NCBI RefSeq assembly: GCF_000150275.1
Contig: NW_002060947.1
Span: 8,147,899-8,211,898, forward strand
From: Trichoplax adhaerens
Lineage: Eukaryota; Animalia; Placozoa
Direction of reading: 5' to 3'
Length of the DNA: 64,000 nucleotides
The position numbers and the translations under genes were made by a program. Shown here piece by piece: positions 33,501 through 47,100 of the stretch. Under the pieces are notes generated by a model. It was not told the origin of the DNA and did not search any database. It saw only the letters and a list, made by a program, of their open reading frames with translations. Numbering within the stretch: position 1 is the first letter of the stretch; each line of letters opens with the position of its first letter.

Positions 33501-35034
33501 AATTAAAGTTGATATCGTAGCTTTTAGTAATGGACATTGCGTTCAATTAATCTGTTAGGGATGATAGAGGATGTTTGGGATCCATTGTCCAATAAGCAGA
33601 CACAGATATTAATTTCATTAATGAAAAGATTATTCGAGGAATATCCGACTGTATCTGCAGATCGTAAGCCTACACAGGTTTGCGAATTAGATTATTACTT
33701 TATGATAGTTAGTAGGTGCTATCTCATTATTAGTAATAAATATTCAATGCATTCTCTTACCTCCGTGCCTATAATTCATTAAATGATGGTATGGTAAACT
33801 GCAATGCTATAGCGATTTGATGCCCGTTAGGTTGTCACAGTGCGTAATTTTATCTGAACTGTATTGATAATAACTTAACTGGCGATAAATAATCCGTATT
33901 AAATTCAATTGTATGGTAAATTAATTATGTATCATAATTATTGGTAACCTTCGTAAGTAAAATCTTTTATCTCAGGAAATTTGCTCTGCCGCCGTTAAAC
34001 GAATGAAACGCTGCTTAGATAATGAAATGTATATTCCATTATACCATAAAAAGTTCGTAAGAATATAGTAGTGAAATAAGATTGTAGAAATTATTTTAAT
34101 TTCGTTGGTCTTTGAGATTAAAGTATTCAATAGTATACCTTAAAATTAATACTTACTCTTGTATAACTAGGACATTTACTACCTTTCCGGATGCTACACT
34201 ATTTGCAAAACGTCAGCTTTGGCGTTGTATTAAGGTAAAGAATAGTTATCTTTATTTCTTTATCATTTTAGGTATATTGAACGTTCTTTAATAATTGTTA
34301 TTTCTTCTTATTTATTAGTTATATCGTAATGTCTTTCAATGGTATGGCATAATAGCAACAAATACTTTAGAAGAAATTGCTATAGATGGTTTACTAAATA
34401 GATACATAATACTTGGGATGCGAAATTCGTTGGATTATCCAGGATGTGTAAAGCAAAGCTCCGAGGTATATGAAAGTATAGGTAAATTAACATAAAAGTC
34501 TTAACTTGGATAATTAACGTTGGTCATACCATACTAGATTGTTGAAAGTCTTCCCAGTGGTCTTTTTGAAGAAGGTTCATTGGTTCAGCTTGCTGTATTT
34601 AGTCGATTTTTAGTCAATCTAGCAGATAATCTTAATAGCCAGATGAAAGATGCTAGAGGATCTGCTCAAAGTACTAACAGGTAAACCTAAGCAAACTTCA
34701 TTCCCTTACGAAAATATTCTTAAAGTTAACGTACCATTTATCTATTCTTTGCCGATGAGTTTTGCAACTATTTTGGGTCGTCATCTGCTCTGTGCAGAAG
34801 TTAGAAATATTACTAGCTAACATTAATTTTTTATCGTACAACATAGCACGTGTAATTAGTAATAATCTGTCCTATGGTATTGCGCGATGTAGAGTTGCAC
34901 TTTGAATTGTAGTTTTAATACCTGTAACGTTTTTAATTTATTGCGAAATCAGGCAATGTGTAGTCCGAATAAGAGAATTGCTTAAAAGAATGAAAGAAGA
35001 TGGTGAAGCTTCAAGAATGTTGACATGCAGTTAA
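30548..35034 (+). CDS. PAXBP1: GC-rich sequence DNA-binding factor family protein (PAXBP1/GCFC2, Ntr2-like spliceosome disassembly factor); 12 exons traced
   Basis: Motifs LSFHHDEDEGDVF, IPDAATIHALKKQRELKR, SRLVREDD, EVSRWEQEQIKKG, FFQDIRQYVNDLLECLNEK, DEFGRD, EGLSTDDE, VFDDVVDDF...YKDAYIPLCLPKLFSPFIRLQLLRWN, WDPLSNKQT and DGLLNRYI. Introns are canonical; the last exon ends ...ASRMLTCS* at 35034. Confidence 0.9.
30689..30715 (+). repeat. (AAT)8AAC coding microsatellite (poly-Asn) in PAXBP1 exon 1
   Basis: Direct read; encodes N9, preceded by a Thr-rich run. Confidence 0.95.
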
Positions 35035-36122
35035 TAAGCAAGATTTTATGATTAATTCTTCCTTAGACATATTAGATGCTTGGTTAAGGTATCTGATGAG
35101 GAATGATATTCTTAGCTTTGTTAAATGTTAATCAAGTGATGGAATATAAAAACTTGATATATATAACACTTCTGGTAAATTTTTGCACACAAGTAATGTA
35201 AATATCTCTTAAAATACTGGTATTATTGTACTTATGTTGTAGATTAATGATTACTAATTAAAATTGTTTCAAATGGAATATGCACGACACTATACTATTT
35301 CCATATTGGAATCGATTTCGCAAATGTAAAAGCCTCTACTGTGTATGTAGGATTACCTATTTAAGATGAACTCGATGTGTATCATATACGTATGAGAAAG
35401 TTTTCATTTCGCAGAATATTGTTCAATATTTCGATACCCTTGATTAGGATATGTAAATATCGGTGCTATAGAATAATTTATGTTTACTATAATGTACAAT
35501 ATCTCGAGATCAACCCAAAAATAAAGCCTTCAGAATACTTACACTAAAATATTTTCGGCTGCTGCGTAGCTATTACGATTACACAGTATTGGCCTTATTT
35601 ACTAGGATGCTGAAACTTCATGATAGCGAAGCACTTTCAAGGTTACTATGCGATAGAATAGGATATTGCTTTCTAATATTTGATACCTTTATGCTATTAT
35701 AAATTACGATGCTATTTGATAGATGGACAAAAAGATTTATAAATACTAAATTTACTACTAGGCAATAATTACGTTTTTAATGGCCAAGTACGATATTTGT
35801 GAATTAGAAGCTTAATAGCATGAATATGCGTACATTCCATTTGTATTATGTCTAACCACAAAAATTAGAATACGTTTAAAATTATCGCATTACATGCTCT
35901 GCCCTCCGCTCGCGATTCTTCGACGATACAGTTACTGATGCAAAGTAATTTACAATAATATTAAGTTAGCAAAATCTTTAAACCATGAATCACGATCAAT
36001 CTACAACATCGATCATTACATTTTTATGCTGCTAAAATTAGATACGATTTTTATTAGTAGAAATTTAGTTGATACACAAGCAAAGCTTTACAAATTACTG
36101 CTTGCAACGAGTAGTAACGTCA

Positions 36123-39100
36123 TTAAGAATTTCTGGGATGAAATGCAATTCGAATAGCTTGCTCCGGTGACAATACAATTCTATTAATTAGTTTAATTTT
36201 CTCGGTATTAAGGGTATCCAATCGAAATTCGTAGACAAGCTATAATGGGAGATGATGAATGATAAAACATTTATGAGTCAGAAAGACTAGAGCTAGCATA
36301 CGCTTACAACCGCATTCTTCGGACAAAAACAGTAAGGTATGAATGTTCCGCTTATTGATAACTTAAGGCTCTCAATAATGATACTCGAAGAAAGTATGCG
36401 GTAGCTTACCCGTGCAAGCAGTATTTGCATTTCTAATTCAGCTATTCGTCGACCAATACACATTCTCGTTCCAAATCCGAAAGGAAGGAAGCTAAATGGA
36501 GGCTGTTTTTGCTCTGATGATCGTATCCATCGCTCCGGTTTGACTTTATCAGGTTCATCATATAATGATTTATCAAATGCCATTGCATACGAACCAGTAA
36601 TAATCATAGTCTGAAATCATAATAGATATATATGGTGATTAGAATTTAATTGTACAGAAATGTGTATGCTCTTAAGTCACACTGTTTCAATACAAAATCA
36701 TTCTATTACAGCTGGTATAATACTATTGCTTCTAGAGCAGTAAGGTATAATCGTTAATTCGAGTCGACCATTTGACATTACATACTTTAGCTGGAACATG
36801 ATATCCGCTTAGTACTACATCTTTAGCTATTATACGTGATAATCCTTGGACAACTGGATAGATTCTGGTTATAAAAGAATTATAAGTACATTTTATTTTT
36901 CAGTCTATTGGCAAACACTTGATTCCATTTCTTAAGCCCACCTTTGGCTCTCTTTAAGTACACCTCTCAAGTAGCTCATTTTCTGAAGCGAATCCCAGTC
37001 TAAACATTCTCTATCCTTTATTACGCTTTTGACTTCTTGGTATAAATTTTCTTGTATATCAGGATTTTTACCCAATATGTACAGCGCTGATGTGATCGTA
37101 TTGGCAGACTGAGAATTTTAAGTTAGAATATTTAGCCATTTATCTCTGGGTATATGAATTGAAAAATTAAAATCACATATATCATACAGTAAAAATCAGA
37201 AGTCTATAAGCGTAATGGAAATAACTATTAGTAGCTTTGCTATAAACCTTTCAGGTTAACCATATAAGAACCTACTTGTTTTTAGCACTTCATGTATATA
37301 CATATGTATATAGAACTAAAATATACTGTAATAGCATGAGAAAATAGATGTTAGAACTATGTTATGGTTACCGTGTCTACACCACCAGCCATCAATTCTA
37401 TAATATTTGCAGTGATTTGCTCGTCAGTTAATTCACCACGAGATAAAACATAGGGCAAAAATTCCATATTCTCACTTCGATGAGAATCTTGAGGTATTTG
37501 GCCTGCATGATCACTATCAGCTAACTTTTGTAAACGTGCACGCTCTTCGACAATCAGCTCTTCACCAATTTCGAATAACGTGTCCCAAAAACCGCAATAT
37601 TCCTTCCAATATTTTGTTTGAATGTATTTATAGTATGGTGGTACCAACCTTAACAAACCCGTCCTATCCAGCATTTCAAATACTGCAGTATAAAATTTTT
37701 TAGCTAAAGGAATAGGAGGATCATTAAGAGCTCCCAGGCGTTTGTTATAGATCACGGTATTAATGCCTAGTGATTTTATAAAAAGAAATATAGCATCAAT
37801 TGATTTAGATTTCATGAAGAAGTTAACTATTGTCAAAATTTATACCGAATCAGAATGGTCAGCTTGCTATTAAATACTTATTGAACTATAACATTGATGC
37901 TAATACTTAAAAAATTACGATTACGTTGATGATATTTTTAGGCTAGTCTAATTCAACGAATTTAATTCTATTCAGCAAGCTGGTAGCGCTAAAATGACAA
38001 CAGATATGATAATAAAATTCATTTTTAAATCCAATTTGTGAAAAAAAAAATTGAAAGGATATAATAACTAGCAAAATGCACTAATTCATGCAATGATGCG
38101 TACTAGGAATTAGCAGGCAGAACTATTTCAAGATTTGACTTATGAAGTGAATAGATTCGATATAAAATATCGAATTGATAAATGAATAAATCTGATTAGC
38201 TAATAGGCTATATAATCAGGAAAATTAGATAAGATTAACTATTGGATCATTGCATAATCCTAACCTTGCAATGAGCAAATATTACGGCACAGTGTATTAT
38301 CTACCATTGATTAAACTCTATCTTGAAGAAGCAATGTTCTAAATTTACAGCATTTAAGTTTAGCTCATTATAGCTTGATAGCCAATCATGTTTCTTCCAT
38401 CATGCAAGTTCATAATTTCACGATTTAGACAAATGAAGATTATTAACTAATGACGTCAATTGATCTAATCTGCCTTTGAAAATGTTTGCTTACTATGCTG
38501 TTACAATTGATTTTTACGTTACAGCTATTTAACTTATAGGTGCCTTGGAATAATATAGTAAAATCTTACTCTCGAAAGACCATTTATAAAGGCATTCCTT
38601 CAAATTGATAATCTCTCCATTCAAGTTATCTTCTATCCTTCTCCGTTTGATGTAATGAATAAAATCGGTGGTTACCTCATTTAGTCTGTTGTCATATGCT
38701 TTGACGTCTTTCAGCTTTAAGAGTTTTTTATCCATAATACTACGCGATAAACGCCAATCTTCACTAATACTGTAATTGAAATATGCAAAAATTTATTTTT
38801 TTTTAGAAATTTTATGAATTATTACCCATCATCAATGATATAAGGTTACGGGCACAACTATTACTGTAAATATATAATATACGGCTATCCTGCATACTTA
38901 CTGCAAAGTATAATTACAGATAACAGAATAGATAGTCTAGGATATGTCATTATCGTTAATAGGACGATCATATACATGCAATTCAATGCTATAGTAGATA
39001 CTTTAGTATCATGTGCCTATTTCAAGCTAACGTACAACTATATCTACAAATCCAAATTATAATTGTGCAACTTAAGAGACGAGAACTGAATTACCCGACC

Positions 39101-39540
39101 AGGATACCCTTTGGTTTTTTACGCTGTTCTCGATAAATAAGAAAAGGTAATATTGGGCCTCGATTGGGATATTTGCCTTCGACTTTAAAAACTTTAGCGA
39201 TGTCTTCAGGTTTGGTGATGTAAACAAAGGCGATACTCCCCAATCGGCATTTATAAATAGGACCATATTTAGCATGATAGATGGAAAGTAATTCATGACT
39301 TCGATTTTGATAGTAGCGATTATTCTTTAGAATTGTCCATAAATTGCCAATAAAAGGTAAGCCTTTTGGTCCAGGCATATCCGTCAAAGGTTTAGCATTA
39401 ACATTTTTATTATTTTGGTCGTCTATTTGGTTAGCTGTAGTGGCTACAAATCGAAGAGTTGCTCTAGCAATCAGACTACTCTGATTAGCAATAGATGCAT
39501 GCCTTGAATGATTACAGGCCATCCAATATAATAATTTCAT
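36123..39540 (-). CDS. Cytochrome P450, mitochondrial clan (CYP27/24/11-like architecture); 7 exons
   Basis: Transit-peptide-like N-terminus, MPGPKGLPFIG, KYGPIYK, EGKYPNR, WRLSR (WxxxR), I-helix AGGVDT|S, K-helix YLRGVLKESQR, PERW and heme motif FLPFGFGTRMCIGRRIAE. The last exon ends ...IAFHPRNS*. Confidence 0.93.
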
Positions 39541-42500
39541 AGCTAAATCGTAATCAAAGATGTTTGCTGACCTCCTTTACTGTTAGTATAAAGTTTGAAA
39601 TAGTAATGAATGTAGAAATCTGGTTAATATCAGTCATCTACCACTATTCATTAATTACTAGAACGTATTCAAAGACTACACAATTCTGTACACAGTACGC
39701 AAATCTTCCAATCTGTGATAGGATAGTAGTACTGACTACTAACAGTATATGAAATACATTATTACTGACAGTAAAACGACTTTATCTGACTTAGTTTAAA
39801 ACCCTTAAATAACCCGTGCTTGTTTTTAAGCTGAAGTAAGGGAACCATAACATAAAATATTCTAATTAAAAATCTAGGAAAACTTTAGCATTGTAACTTA
39901 CATGGTAACGTGGCGAGTTATTTCTCTTAACGATGCTTTCCTCGAAAGGGAATGAGTGCAGTATGCAATTCACACAGTAATAAGGCAAGTACAGTACTGT
40001 AAATTAGGGTAAAAATGGTGATAAGCATGGACTGAGAGAGCGTAGATCGTGTCATAAAGTTATAGTATAAAGCTAGTAAAGATTTGAAACAGTCATGAAT
40101 GTAGGAATCTAGTTAATATCAGTCATCTATCACTATTAATTAATCATACAGTACGCAATGGTAGATCTAGGCAGGAACAAGATGGGTTACGCTAAAAGAT
40201 ATTATAATATATAAGATAAACAATCATATCAGTTACTAGTAATCAATATAGCGCATCAGTAGTTTGAGTAATTATAAAGCAATGACTGCTATGAACTACT
40301 TTCATAGCTTTCTTGTACTACTGCATATAGCACTATCTCGCAATAGAATTATGAATTATTAATGAATTAATTACTACGTATAACAATGACTAATTTAAAT
40401 ATTGTTTGCATATACCATCTAAAAATCTTTGTTAATGCTTAAGTATAAACGTAAACAAGTGCCGTAGGTCGTATATTAATCTAAATTAATTGTATTCAGT
40501 TTGCGGTCTGTGATTCATGGCATACGGTGGCGCAGCAGTGAATTACTTTAACTCATAAAGTAATTCTACTCATGTATAGATTTGGAGTAATATTAATTAG
40601 TACTTATAGAAAAAACCCAAAGTTGCTCAAAATTCTGTTTAGAATTTATGAAATGATGACTCATATTGATATCAACGTACACTGTAGTCAATACTAAATT
40701 GATGAATCAGTCCTAATCTGCAAAAAATTATGTTGGCTTAGAACGCCCTTTTTGTCAGTCAAGTTGAAGCTTAAGATTAATTTACGATTATAATAGATTA
40801 AGAACGAACATCCTTATTATTATTTTGTTACAGCAACTTGCATAAAGGAATTTTATATCGTTCAATTTATCCCCTTTCACTATATAAGATTCTATTATAA
40901 AAATGCAACGAATTTGCAAGAATGGAATATTAATCTTGGGTATTGTCCTACTTCAGAATTGACCAAAATTTAACGCAGCCGGTATCAATGTTAATACTAT
41001 AATACAATAACAATTATTGGAGTAAAATGCTTGATGAAACGCCGTTAGTAGTCTTATAGATTGTCTATGCAAATGAGAGCTTGAAAGAATAGATTGCAAT
41101 TAGTTAGAAAGCTAGATTTTATCTTGCTTAAGTCTATAGTTTGGCATCTATAAAGATAACTACAAAGGCAATAGCAAATATTATTCATAGTAAAACGTTG
41201 AAGAAAACTTTGTTAGAAACATTTAATAAAAATGAAGGCTTGATTTTATCTAGATTTAAGCATAGAGAATGAACTTCTAAGGCAAAGACAATTTCTTCTG
41301 TAGTAAATACCTAAATAAACTTCGTCAATATGTTAAAAATAACTAAGTGGATAAATTTAATTTTATTCAAAACTTTGGCGTATAGATTAAGGTAAAAAGC
41401 GAATTGCAAATTTTTGTAATACAACACTAAATAAAACTCTGTTGGGAATGTTTGTATGTAAATAAAAGTAAGGCTTGATATTATTGGCATTGAAGCAGTG
41501 TAGTAATACATGCTTAAATCCTAATAATACCGTTTTATAAATCCACATAGTCTGATTTATTATGGACCCTAGGTATTATTGTTACTATATGCTGTTTAAG
41601 TCAAAGTGGGTCGATCGAGAACAGATACTGAAAAAGCTGTCGACCACGCTACTAATAGATCGAATATGCTTGTACTATTTATATTCACAATGCTAATAGC
41701 TGGATCTCTCGATGTAAAATGACGATAATTCATGCTATTTTAGAAGATTGATAAACTCATTAATTGCAGGATCTGTAAAAGTAGATACAAACAAGCTCCA
41801 ATAAGTATACGAGCAGAAAAGACAGTAATAATTTAATACAAAATTTCAATTAGATTAATAATTTATTTAAATAAATCAAGTGTAATTTACTTCCATCTTT
41901 AGTCTCATAGAGAGCTGTGAAACTGCACATTACGCTCGATAATTGGCATATAAACTTGCTAAAAGTTATCTCATTACTGATAGTCGTCTTAAGACAGAGT
42001 ACAAAAACTACAAGAAAAATTGAAGTTACTTACAGTACGTTTGTTTCCTCATGTGCAAATAAAATAGAGCTAAATTGATTTCAAGTAATTGTTAAATAAA
42101 GTGCTCTATCAGCTACATGTACAAAATACGGTTCTGTTCTAATAGTATTAATAATTTGTAATCAATTTCTTAATCTATAAATACTTATTATTTGACTATT
42201 ATTATAGTGACGAGTATGTCGTAACGAAACAATATTTTTCGCAGTTTAGTAGAGTTAATGGGTAAAATAATATCATCGCTGTCTTCTGTTTATCGTAAAG
42301 CTGTCTCAGGTTGATCAATATTTACATTTGGATAACTTTTTGATACCACATATCGAGAAATTTCTTTGCTTGATCGAAAATATCACGCTCTTGATATTTA
42401 GTAGTATTTACATCGATGGTTAGATCTAGATTTGCAGCTAATCTAGTCTAATCTATACCAATTTTATTTGTCATTTGGATAAAGTGATCCGTTAAATTTA

Positions 42501-44181
42501 TACTGTTACATTAATTTTGCAGATAAATTGCTATGCAAGAAATGAAACAAGATATAATCTTAAATGAATTTTGTAACCGATTTCAAATAACAACCTGTCT
42601 GTATGAAAACTTTGCCATATTAATCGAATGCGAAATATAAAATAGAATAAAATTGAACCGCATTTGTATTGGGTATGCGAAAGTAGCCAGTACATAAGTA
42701 GTTGGCTAGCTCGTAACTAATATCGCAAGTCATAGCAGCATTAAACTGCCCATACTTTTTAATGATATTTGCAATAGACATATTCTTTTTAAGGGTAGTA
42801 AATATATTCAATTTCAACTATTTCAAAATTCAATTATTATCGCTGTAGACGAATTTAGTTATAATTTTATTTTCGTCTACAGTAAGATATTTGTATAGCG
42901 ATTACAATATTTATATTTTTGTACACGATTCAGTAACATCTACGGCAAATTATTATATGTTGGGTTCTCGTATTTAGTTAACAAAAACTGAATACATATA
43001 AGCAAAGCCTTTATACTGCCTATCTTCTCACTCATCATCTGCACTTGCTATTCTTTTCTTTTTACGAGACGTGTAATCACGCATCAATTGTGATTGAATC
43101 GATTCTTTACGTTTGCCAAAACGAATGATATCAGATAAATCTAGCAAAATATTATAGACAACGTATGTCATGTTATCAGCCACAATAATTCTTTTATTTA
43201 TAATTACGTAATCAAATCTTTCTTTTACTTATTACTAACCTTTGTAATTTTCTTTACTGATATTCTTGTTAGTCGATTTATCTACGTTTTCATAGTCATG
43301 TTGGCTAAATTTTACTGTAAAATATAATTGTAATGGTAAGTTATTTATTTCGAAGAAAAAGCGAAAGGTCCTGCAGTGATACGCCTTTTATTTGATTATA
43401 AGGATAGCTATATTTGATACAGTTCGGTTACTAACAATAGATATTATTGTCACGCTAATATTAGATGATTGATAACTACTATATTAGAAATTACTGATAA
43501 CTAATAATAGTAGCAAGTTGACTAATTATAGTACAAGGTTTATGTAAGTAGAAACACTGCAACTGTATAGATGCTGAACAACAAAAGGGGCTGGATATTA
43601 ATACAAGAGTAGCGATATCTTATGTAGAATGATTCAGATTGTAGAAGATAATGATGTTCTATTTGAGAAAAGTGTTTAATATGATGACTCAAGGCTGATT
43701 GTTGATTGATTAAGTTGTCGTAAATGTATATTTCAACTCTAGTATGAGTAAAATTAATTAAAGATGATGCCGATTTTGACAAAGTTATTCCAACAGTTTT
43801 CTCTAAATTAAAAACAGTATTATAAAACTATCACCTCCTTATTTTATTACCAACTTGCCCGTGAAATTAAGCTATATAGTATACGCTTTACTGACTAGTC
43901 TACTTCCACATACCGTACTTTACCTTGTGATATTATTTTGAAATTAATTGTTGAAAAGGGATAATCACTCATTTAAGTTGGATGAATTTACGATATTGAG
44001 CCAATATGTCAGCATGTAATATCATCCAATTAGTAAATTAGTTCGATGCTGTATATAGACTTACCGCGGCATTGTTGTCTGTTATTATCTTTTGGTGTTC
44101 CAAATTGATTTGAATGTCGATTTTCTTCTGCTATTAGTCAAAACAAGGAGTGAGAATATGTTATATAGATGGAAAAGACTG

Positions 44182-47100
44182 CTAGAGCAATGCTAGACTA
44201 CACAAATCACCTGGTGATGATAGGCAACGGTCGTGGATGACTGTTTGATTATCTGTATATTGAGCTAAAAGCTGCTGAACGATATTGTCTACTTGTAATG
44301 GAGCAATTTCCTTCTCATTTCCTTGCAATTGATCGTAACATTGATTCATTTGTTTTTCATCCTCGATAATTTGAAGATGACTCTCTCCGTACAGATTACG
44401 TAGAGAATTAATAGACTTTCGATAGAATGAGATTGCTTGACGATAATTAGACTGTTTACAATAGACTGCAGCTTGGTTTCGATAGAATCTGGCAGTTTGA
44501 GGATGATTCTCTCCTAGTGTTACTAAAGAAACTTGCAATGACTTTTTGAACATTGATAGAGCGTCATCATACTTACTTTGACGATTATAGACTTGTCCAA
44601 TATCGCTATATGTAATAGAAATACTTGGATGATTGTGGCCAAGCTGTAGTAGTCTAATCTTAAGTGATTTGTTCAACATTGATAGAGCTTCATCATATTT
44701 GCCTTGATAACTACAGACTTTTCCGATGTTATTACATGTCATAGCAATACTTGGATGATTGTCGCCAAGTCGTGTTAGTTTAATCTTTAGTGATTTGTAA
44801 TATACTGATAGAGCGTCATCATACTTGTCTTGACGATTATAGACTTGCCCAATATTGTCATATGTGTTAGCAATACTTGGATGATTATCACCAAGTTTTG
44901 TTAGTGTAATCTTAAGCGATTTGTTATAGACTGATAGAGCGTCATCATACTTGCCTTGATTATTATAGACTTGTCCAATACTGCCATATGTATTAGCAAT
45001 ATTTGGATGGTTGTCGCCAAGTCGTGTTAGTGTAATCTTAAGTGATTTGTTATGTATTGATAGAGCGTCATCATACTTGCCTTGACGATTATAGATTTGT
45101 CCAATTTTGTTATATGTATTAGCAATACTTGGATGATTGTTGCCAAGTTGTTTTATTGTAATCTTGAGTGATTTGTTAAACATTGATAGAGCTTCATTAT
45201 ACTTGCCTTGATCATTATAGACTTGTCCAATATTGCGATATGTTATAGCAATACTTTGATGATTGTCGCCAAGTCGTGTTAGTTTAATCTTAAGCGATTT
45301 GTTATGCACTGATAGAGCGTCATCATACTTGCCTTGTTTATTATAGACTAGCCCAATATTGTCATATGTCTTAGCAATACTTGGATGATTATCATCAAAT
45401 TTTGTTAGCGTAATCTTAAGCGATTTGTTATAGACCGATAGAGCGTCATCATACTTGCCTTGATCATTATAGACTTGTCCAATATCGCCATATGTTTTAG
45501 TAATATTTGGATGATTGTCGCCAAGTCGTGTTAGTGTAATCTTAAGTGATTTGTTATACACCGATAGAGCGTCATCATACTTACCTTGATTATTATAGAC
45601 TTGTCCAATTTTGTTATATGTATTAGCAATACTTGGATGATTGTTGCCAAGTTGTTTTATTGTAATCTTGAGTGATTTGTTAAACATTGATAGAGCTTCA
45701 TCATGCTTGCCTTGATCATTATAGACTTGTCCAATATTGCGATATGTTATAGCAATACTTTGATGATTGTCGCCAAGTCGTGTTAGTTTAATCTTGAGCG
45801 ATTTGTTATGCACTGATAGAGCGTCATCATACTTGCCTTGTTTATTATAGACTAGCCCAATATTGTCATATGTACTAGCAATACTTGGATGATTATCATC
45901 AAGTTTTGTTAGTATAATCTTAAGCGATTTGTTATACACCGATAGAGCGTCATCATACTTGCCTTGATCATTATAGACTTGTCCAATATCTCTGTATATA
46001 GCGGCAGTTCTTGGATGATTATTGCCAAGTCGTGTTAGTATTAACTTGAGTGATTTGTTAAATATTGATAGAGCGTCATCGTATTTGGCTTGCTGATTAT
46101 AGACTCTTGCAATTTTGTTATGTAAACTAACAATATTTGGATGATTGTTAGCAAACCGTGTTAGATTAAGCTTAAGTGATTTGTTTAACATTGATAGAGC
46201 TTCATCGCATTTGCCTTGACAATGATAGACTTGTCCAATTCTGTCATATGTTAAAGAAATACTTAGATAATTTTTACCAGCTTGTGATAGTTTAATCTTG
46301 AGTGATTTGTAAAGTGCTGACAGAGCGTCGTCATACTTGCCTTGATTTTTATAGACGTGACCAAGTTCGCCATACGTGTTAGCAATACTTGGATGATTAT
46401 CACCAAGTTTTGTTAAGTCAATCTTAATAGATTTGCTAATCATTGATACAGCGTCATCATACTTGCCTTGATCAGTATAGACTTCCCCAATATTTCTATA
46501 TATACGAGCAATTCTTGGATGATTACAATTATCACCAAATTTTGTTAGTAAAACTTTGATTGATTTGTTACATATTGACAGAGCGTCATCATACTTGCCT
46601 TGACGAGTATAGACCCTTGCAACGTTGTGATATGTATTAGTTATACCTAGATGATTATCGCCAAGTCGTGTTAGGTGAATCTTGAGTGATTTGTTCAGCA
46701 TTAACAGAGCGCTATCATAATTGCCTTGATAAATATTCATTTGCCCAATATTGTTATATATTTCAGCAGTATATGGATGATTTTCACCAGGTTGTGCTAG
46801 TTCAATCTTAAGTGATTTTTTATACACTGATAAAGCATCATCCTGCTTGCCCAAATTAACATAGACATTTCCAATACCATTGTATGTTATTGCAGTATTT
46901 GGATGATTGTCGCCAAGTTGTGTTAGTTGAATCTTGAGTGATTTGTTATATACTGATAGAGCGTTATCATATTTGCCTTGACTATTATATGCTCTTGCAA
47001 TGTTGTTATATGTATCAGCAATACTTGGATGATTGTCGCCAAGCTGTACTAGTCTAATCTTAAGTGATTTGTTTAACATTGATAGAGCTTCATCATACTT

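Noticed and set aside
40670-41330. Possible decayed LRR-like coding sequence at the start of the duplicated block
   Set aside because: Many stops in every frame in both copies; the resemblance is too weak to call without a profile search.
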